This document shows, in pieces, positions 56,001-64,000 of a stretch of DNA of 64,000 bases. The stretch's first letter is position 1. The number at the start of each line of letters is the position of its first letter. Source of the stretch: Kudoa neothunni (taxonomy: Eukaryota; Animalia; Cnidaria); contig OZ199838.1 in the NCBI GenBank assembly GCA_964304625.1, forward strand, positions 2,840,271 through 2,904,270. Reading direction: 5' to 3'. The notes beneath the pieces were generated by a model. It made no database searches, was not told the origin of the DNA, and saw only the letters and a program-made list of their open reading frames with translations. A program made the translations under genes and the position numbers.

Positions 56001-59000
56001 ATTTAAAAGAATTTTTATCTTCCAAATCGATCCACTTTTATTTGAAAGAGGATTATGTATTCGAATATTTGCGCTCGACAAAATATTTCAAACTAGAGTT
56101 GAAACGAAACTTCGAGTTTTCCACTGAGAAATCACATTTCAATTTCTTTATTAAGAGCTTTATCGTGTCTACAACCCACATCGAAAAAATAGATTTGGTT
56201 TGTCAAATGTTCAAATGTGACCTATCAGAAAAATTGAATAAATGGCTTCCGCCCACAGAAAAGTAAACAGCTTGTAACTTGGTAGATGTACAGTATTTTG
56301 AGTTTCTTTTAGCACAGTAAATTTAATACAGGGTCAAGTTGAAATAATCACGTTTAAACATTTACTTCCTTCACACGACAGCAATCCCGATTTAATGTAT
56401 TGGCTGAAAATTGAAATAGGATTCAACCAGTTTTTAGCCGAACCCTTGTACTGTGAAGGTCGCACCTTTAATGTAAATTTTAGAAACCTACATAAATTCA
56501 ACCTTATACGGGCGATGGGAAAATATTTCCTAATTTTCACATAATGCTGCTTGAAAAACTCCGAATATAATAGCTTTCTTTATTTTATTTAACGGAAACT
56601 AATAGTTTAACAAAAAACGCTAAAACTCATTCAAACTTCTAAGTTAAGCAACACCAATACAGACCTTCTAAGCGTATAGCGTATAGTGTATAGCGTATAA
56701 TTGGGGTCCAAACAGAATCAAAATTTATATTTCTATTTATTTTCATAAATTTTTGATAAATATGAAACAACTCCATCATTAACCCTCTAACGATTTTGGG
56801 GTGTGATACATCCCAGATTTTTTTTGATTTATAAAAGCTTTATTGAATGTGCTCTGTTTTAAAAAAGCTTAAGAGAATTTTATCGATTTTATTTTTATTA
56901 ATTTGACGTCTTATTTTTGCAAACTTAATTCGTGCAAGCTCTGTATTAACAGTAACGAACAGCTTTAAGACCTACAATAATGGAAACCAATCATCTAGTA
57001 AGGAATTGGATGATTATTTTAATATATTCTGAAAATTTTGATGAATTTTTCGAATCCCATTTCATTGACGGATCATTGAGTAGTATGAATTGCGTTGTGT
57101 GAATTCTAAATAAGCCCTGCGCATCGAGAATTTCGATTGAAAGAAAATATGAATGGTCGCATAGGATCAGAAGCTTACTCTTACCAAATGGTTAAATTTA
57201 TTTCTGATTGTTTATTATTTTCTTTGGCCAAAATATTTGTCGTGAAATAATACAGTATTCGAATTTATTTGGAAAAACAAATTAAAGGAACATTCGTCAA
57301 AAAATTTTTTAATTGTTAGAGAAGTCATTGTAATCATAAAAGTTTCCCCTACTGAGGAAATAGTACTCATTGTGTCATTTGATTTTATTTTTCCTTTTGC
57401 GAAAGAGTCCGAGACTATCAACATCTCATATCACCTCACATATCGGTTTTAGAGGGATTATTTAGTATAATTATTGCCGTTTTTTAATAAAAATGGTTGA
57501 TAGAAATAATTGTAATTTTACCAGTTTATCTATGATTATTTTATAAATAAATATGATTAAAAAAAGAGTGGGATGTATTCCACCCCAAAAATCGTTGGAA
57601 GGTGTACGTTTTTCGTGTCATTAGAGGGTTGATATTGCGTTAAATAATTAAAACTATTTTTCTCGCCTTCATGTATGTATGTACAAAGTGCGTATTGAAA
57701 CCTTCAATCGCTTACTTTTATTGGGCCGATTTTAATAGAGATTTTATAATAAAAATGTAATAGGCGACATTAAAATTTTTGTTATAATAATAGTTATTTT
57801 AATTTGATGGGTGTATAAAATTTAAAATCCGAAAAACGGTTAATAAAAAATGCAACGATTTACAATTTTCACATCGTATGAAATATTTTTCGCCTTATTA
57901 TCCGAAAAGATAAAAAACTATTATAGAATTATTCTTCACTTATGAATCCAAACCAATATTACCTAATAATGGTTGATATAATAAATTTAACTAAAAAATG
58001 TTATAATGAATTATATGATATTTAAAATCAGTTCAACTAGACAGTAAAAACTACGAAAACAATATTTTAATCATTAACCCTTTTCCCCGCATAAACAGCC
58101 AAGCTTTGGTAAAAATTTTTCATATTTTTTAACAAATATTTTAGCTTATTTGGTTTAGCCACATTTTGTAAATTTTTATTTTTGTCGATATGCGAATCAT
58201 AATTAATTCCAGGGCTATATTATTAACGCTCCGTTTCATACAAATCCACACCCTTCGACACAATTAAGATTACTACGTACGCTCATACCCAATTAAAAAA
58301 AATTTATTGACTTATTACGTTTAAATTTTGATGATTTGATAAACTGCACCAATCTGTTCTAAAACATTAAAAAAATTTTGGGTTCAGGCGGATCTTAGGT
58401 ATGTTATACTATGAAGGTGTTTTTGTTATATGAATTATCACGATATTCGAAAAATAAGATAAAACAATTTTTTCATAGTTAAATTTTTTGGCATAATTAG
58501 ATATAACATTAATTATATTAATTAGTAGTCGAATTAGAAAACGGGATGACGATTTTTTTGATTTTCAAATGGACCCAAGTGTACTTAGTATACTTAAAAA
58601 GTTAAATACCTCTATTAATCTATTCCATTTCCATATTTTAAACTATTTTTCAATCTTTATTAAAATTAATATTTCTCGTGTATTTATAGAAAAGAATATT
58701 ATAAAATTTTTACATAAATATTATCATATTTTGTATAACAAAGAGTTAACATACAAGAACAAATATTGCCGTAACCTAAGCTAGAACTTTTGATCAAAAC
58801 TTTATGTATAAAATTTTATTTTTCCTTGTATTTTTAAGTTCCTCGTATAAAAAATACCAAAAAACAATGATGAAATTTTTGCGTGACAAACTTTAATTTT
58901 TTTTGGAACCCAATCAAAACCTCCTGTTGAACCTAAGCCATCAAACACTGTGTTCTATTGTTTACTTATTTTATAGGTTTCTGAGTCTCCGGACCCAATA

Positions 59001-60230
59001 ACTAGGGGCGTGTGTAGAATAAAATACATAGAAATGACGCTACCAGGAGTAATTAACGCCTGTAAAGTTTTTATTTCTTTTGATGGATATATTAAAGCCT
59101 TATCTCACATGCAAAGTTTTTATAAAAGCATTTCTAAGTAATGAATTGGCAAAAGATTTTCCAATTGAGTTAAAAGTGTAATACACACCATTAATCAAAA
59201 TATTCGGTAATCAGTTTATAAATAGGTTTACATTTGACAATGCAAATAATGGACAACCAATTATGAATCAGGAATATAATTTCAATGTGTCAAACAAACT
59301 CAAATATTCAATAAAAAGGTAAACATAAGACTTGTATGATAATTTTGAGTGGGTAATTTCTGAATTATCTCCAAGTGTAAAAAATAATTAATTTTTTTCT
59401 CCGTTATCGTAATTATTTGTTAGAGTGAATTCAATCCAAAAACTTAATATTTTTGGTCCACAAATATTGTTTGTGGGTATTTCCAACAGTTTCAAAGTAA
59501 TTTTGTTGTGTTTTGGACCTCTTTAATTTCATGCTCATTTAGATATCCACATATGGACCATCTCATATCGAAAACATTGGTTTAAAATTTAAAATTTCAA
59601 CTGATCATGATAATGAATTAGCATACATTCAAAAATACTTCGTATTTATTGTTAACTTGGATTATCTTACTTGATTTTTAGTGTGACGCAGAAACTCCAC
59701 AAATCCTCAATGTGTGTCCGCATCATATTTGCGTCGATAAACCAGTCGCAGAATTCAACTGTCTCATACCAAAATTTATACATTTTTCTTCTATTGATGT
59801 GACTGTACTGATACGATTGACAAAGAATTCAATAAATCTAGTCGTATGCTACTTCAAAATAAAATAATTCATTAATTGCTTCTAGAAACAAAATACTCTC
59901 TCTCGTATTAATATTACTGTAGAAATTATTGAAGATGGAACTACCACTTTCATAGGAGAGTCGCCGACAGTTAAATATTTACAGCTCTTCATTGATCAAT
60001 CTTCGAATTTAGTATTCCATTTTTATCGAGAACAAATCCCCAGGAAAACTAGAAATGTGGCTTATAGCAGCTGTGTGTGCCGGGGCGATTTTCTTCTTTA
60101 TTGGTCTTGTCACCATATTATACTATGTATTTACGTTTCAACAATTATTCTATAATATTGCTAAATATTTCTCAATGTCTAGGCAGGAGTGTTGGACAAA
60201 TTTAAATTTGGGAAATATCATGGACTTTGA
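53060..60230 (+). CDS. Integrin alpha subunit, many short exons
   Basis: Signal peptide; FG-GAP-like repeats LLGY..ILSAP..GQIYVC, LMG..VCAP, GEKLGDYFGYSI, LAPYGG..GILY; Ca-binding-like ELNADGVD|D; TM WLIAAVCAGAIFFFIGLVTILYY|AG; 2.5-kb intron at 56473-58976. Confidence 0.85.
56783..57628 (+). mobile_element. piggyBac internal-deletion derivative (846 bp) related to 2630-4912, inside an integrin intron
   Basis: TTAA-CCCTCTAACGATTTTGGGGTGTGATACATCCC ... TTAGAGGG-TTGA; 57149-57290 reads MNGRIGSEAYSYQMVKFISDC / FFGQNICREIIQYSNLFG, matching transposase GPTSYAFLRIKTIVDCFSLFFNDEICSTIIKYTNAFG. Confidence 0.88.
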
Positions 60231-62782
60231 ACATGAAATACCCCCTCAACCTAAATATCAACTAATACCCAACTCCAGAAGCGTGGATCTACTGTTCAGA
60301 TCAGTCCAACTATTTATGCAAACAAATTATTAGTATATTTTTGGTATAATAATCTACAAAAAATAGTTCTCATGCATCGTTCACTAAAGTCTCCTTTCAA
60401 TCAATTTTATCTAGTTTCTAATGAATCACCTATATCTATCTACTCAAATAGCTTAATATATTATTTTTTTTAATAAATTGAACATAAAATAATATTAAAT
60501 TTATTCCTAAAATATTATATGGTTTGACACATCATATTCAGAGAAACAGTGTCATTACTCACATTGTTAATCCTCATAAAACCTAATACGGCATAAGTCA
60601 CCAATTCTTCGGTAACGCACAAAGGTAAAAATGTAACTGCTATATATTTTGTTTTGTTTTATTTTATTTTATTTTAATTCATTTATTTAACATAATGATT
60701 TAATATTTAATTCATTTTGAACAATAAACACATTTTTGGATGAATAATTAAGTAAAAATTATGCTAGGATGAATTTCACCACAAAATTTTTGGAGTGGAG
60801 GAGGTTTTTTAATTTTTAATGACTTCCTGAATTTTTTTCAAAACCTAACACTCACAAATTTTGCTTAATACTAATTTATAGGTACAGCGATAATTTTATA
60901 CTCATAAAAAACCGTGAAAGACTATATGATAGGATTAAAACTTGTTTGGGGTTAATTTGTATAAAAATTTTTCCTCGTTATTTAATTGCATAACTTATAT
61001 TTCTTTTATTGATTACAAATTGAAATTATTTTTTATTCATAATTCCTCATTTGTGAATTTTAATTAATATATTAATGTATTCATATATATAAATATTTCG
61101 ATCACCTATAATATATCAATAATAGAATAACAATTATATTAAATTTCAGAAAAGGGGACAAAACGATTATAGAAATTACTAGTCCAAGATATTGTTTCGG
61201 CGTAATGTGGCGAATATATCAACTTAAATGGGATTAATTGTTGCTAATTCGGATTATGTTCAATTTGACCAAAAAATGGGGTTTTTAAATCACGTAATAT
61301 TGTTTTTTATTATTTTATCATTCAATTAATCAAAACGAATAAGATTACTTATGTTAATTCAACAAACTTTGATATCGCCAAATCAATGGATTTTTTGATG
61401 TTAACCAGCAAGAATAATGCAATTAATAAAAAATGATTAAATTCAATCTCGTGCAAAAAATGTGATACAAAGTCCTTAAAGTATTTAAAAAATGATAAGT
61501 GATGAACGTTTTATATTTGGACTTGGATATCAAATAGCTCTCATGGGATAGCGAATATACCTTCATCAGTACACGAGGTGAGAGGTGAAGGTTGTCCAAC
61601 TTTAAGTATGAATAAGTCGGCCCACTCTTATTTAATTTTTGTCTGAGAGAATTAGCTATTTGGACAGGTAAGTCTGGATGACTACAGGTACATATTTAGT
61701 AATTTTTTAAGAATTAATTAATTAATCGTGCTTTCTATTTTAACTCATATCAGATCTATTAATATATTAGGATAAGCAGAAATTTCCGAATGTTTAAAGT
61801 TTAATGCAACTTGGATAGTGATCGTAATAATAGCAACTATGAATCTGGATTGCACGTGGAAATTAAGTTAATTAAAAATATCGAATTTTTTATAATTATT
61901 ATCGTTCAATTTAATTATTATGTAAAGGATAGTCGGATTTTTATATGTTTAGTCTTTTTGCAGCGTTCATCGTATGTTAACTTTAAACTGTATATACTTA
62001 ATCCTTGTTATTTCTCCCTTAGGGTCTAATCCCAACATAACAATTTAACACTAGAGCATAAATGTCTACAAAACCTACATTTTCCTAGATAAAAAGATTC
62101 GTATCAAAGGATCTAATTTTAAAATCAAATAGACATAAAAACCCATGAGGTATTCATACGATTGAAAATATGAACCAATAATCCATTAATCGGACTAAAA
62201 ACTGGATAAACCACTTTGATTTTGGATAGAATAAACGAATGTTGTTTGATCGTTTTATAATAAAAGTCCGAAAACAAACAAATTACTTATGTTGTATTCA
62301 AATGTAACTGTAACGTAATCATTAATGAAACTAGTGTGCATAAAATAGCTTAATAGGTGTGTAAACAACGTCATCGATATCTTATATGACATTTTCATTA
62401 GAGGGTTAGCGTAATTATCCATCAATCTTAATATTTCTAATAAAACAAATCAAAAATTTACAAATAAAGACCACAACAAACACGACGGAATTAACTATTG
62501 GTGTTATTCTTCCGAGGCTTTGCAAGCTGATGAACTTTCTAAGGATAATAATAAACTCTGTAAAATACTAAGTAGAACAATGTGGTAAGATACTTATAGA
62601 TTATAATCTCTGTTTATCTTGGGGGTAGGGTTGCTTGTTGCACGTTTACAGATACCGCATTACAATTCACCGTTCATATTAGATTTGTCTAAAGTTTCTT
62701 ATTTCCATATGCAAAATCATTAAACGAACGAGATTCCTTTTAATAAACTATCCGTTTTGGTTTGTGTTTGGAAATCGCAAAT

Positions 62783-64000
62783 ATGATGTCGATTGAAGTG
62801 ATAGTATTTTTTGCATGTTTTGCATTTTTTCAGTACAACCCCATTTTTCATCAACTGTTGTTCAACAACCTGTGTAAAAATATGTACAATATTACTGGCG
62901 AAGAGTGTTACCAAAATGGTACAATCAATCAAAGTATCCAAAAGGAATCCTCACAATGGATAATGTGGATCAATTTATTTCAGATACTGCCGGTGATTCT
63001 GGCTACATTAAATATAAACTATGCGGCCACAAGGTTTTCTCCAGATAAGTTGTTATTTCTACCATTCATATCCTTTATATCTAAAATGATTTTGGGAGTT
63101 GTTTTTAACTTTTATCCTTTGCTACCGCTCTTTGCTTACGTAAATATGTTTTACTTTAGTGGCAGTGTGATTATTGTGTGTTGACTCATTTAGGCAGCTC
63201 TCAGTTGTTTGTACAGTTGTTTTGGAGGCATGAGTGCGTTTGGAGCGTTAACCATTATCTACGTGACACATACCACAGGAGAGAAGTATCGTTCATCCAG
63301 ATTTATCACGATTGAGGCTGTTAAAGTTTTCTCAAAGTTCACCGGTGGCCTACTCAGTGGCTACATGATCAAATACTTTTCATTTCTTATACCACAGCTA
63401 GTGTCTATTGGAATTGTTTCTCTTGCATTGGTATTATCGTTTTTCTTGAATCGAGCCATCCCCACAAACAATACACAAACCGTTGATTTCAATAACTTTA
63501 AAAATGCTCTCCACCAAGCAAGGAAAAACATCAAAAATTGTAAAGCAATTTTTATTTTGATAACACTGGCACAGATCGCCTTACCGTTTGGTAAATGACG
63601 TCTATTACATGTAATTATTGTTGCTATTAATTAAATTTAGGTGAAATATCAACTCAAAAGCTTGTATTCCTCTATTCTATGAATAGCAAGTTTGAATTTA
63701 CTTCCACATTGGGTGGTTATTTGCTGGCAATGTATTCGATGACTCGGGCGTTCGGCTCACTGGTGATTCTTCCAGTGCTGCTTAGATATTTTCAAATAAA
63801 TGAGTGGAAACTTTGTATGGCTATTATACCATTTCAAAGCGGATTCTACCTTGCTAATGCTTTCGCCAACAATAGAAAAGAACTGTTTATAGGTATTTTT
63901 CAATCCAACTATACACCTTACTAATTTTTATCGTTAGCACCATTTTTTCTATCTCTCCAGGACATTTATAGGCCAGTATTTATGTCAACTATTTCCAGAT
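62783..64000 (+). CDS. MFS transporter, SLC46 (PCFT/HCP1)-like; 3' truncated by the window end
   Basis: IEVIVF TM1, Cys/N-glycosylated loop 1, IQKESSQW, FGG..A....YVTHTT...RSSRF..IE, GGLLSGY and multiple TM helices; short introns near 63140, 63591 and 63893. Confidence 0.8.

Noticed and set aside
56671-56699. (AGCGTAT)4 tandem repeat as a CRISPR-like or telomeric repeat
   Set aside because: Simple short minisatellite without spacers
58074-58605. TTAA-CCCTT...AAAAG-TTAA MITE
   Set aside because: Termini match too poorly to support
62390-62410. Solo CATTAGAGGG-TTAG piggyBac-like end
   Set aside because: No partner end or subterminal palindrome found

Overview
This is AT-rich eukaryotic (metazoan) nuclear DNA. 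It carries compact, highly divergent host genes with mostly 30-100 bp GT-AG introns, set in a dense graveyard of nested DNA transposons. Host genes reconstructed by hand-splicing are: an ARF1-type GTPase head-to-head with MMTAG2/C1orf35, a miniaturised TAF3 (histone fold + PHD), a TGF-beta-family type II receptor (BMPR2/ACVR2-like) with eroded kinase motifs, a secreted orphan protein, Rab escort protein (CHM/REP), a DLC1/STARD13-type RhoGAP-START gene, an integrin alpha, and an SLC46-like MFS transporter that runs off the window end. Mobile DNA includes a near-complete piggyBac plus several TTAA-specific derivatives, pogo/Tigger, Tc1/IS630, hAT and Helitron elements. The most unexpected item is a decayed, intronless D5-type superfamily-3 helicase (virus/Polinton/phage-like) at about 26.1-27.1 kb. 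Several otherwise conserved genes contain single-base homopolymer frameshifts, most likely assembly indel errors. The gene style is compatible with a reduced parasitic metazoan such as a myxozoan cnidarian (inference only). All alignments were done by eye from remembered family motifs; no searches were run.
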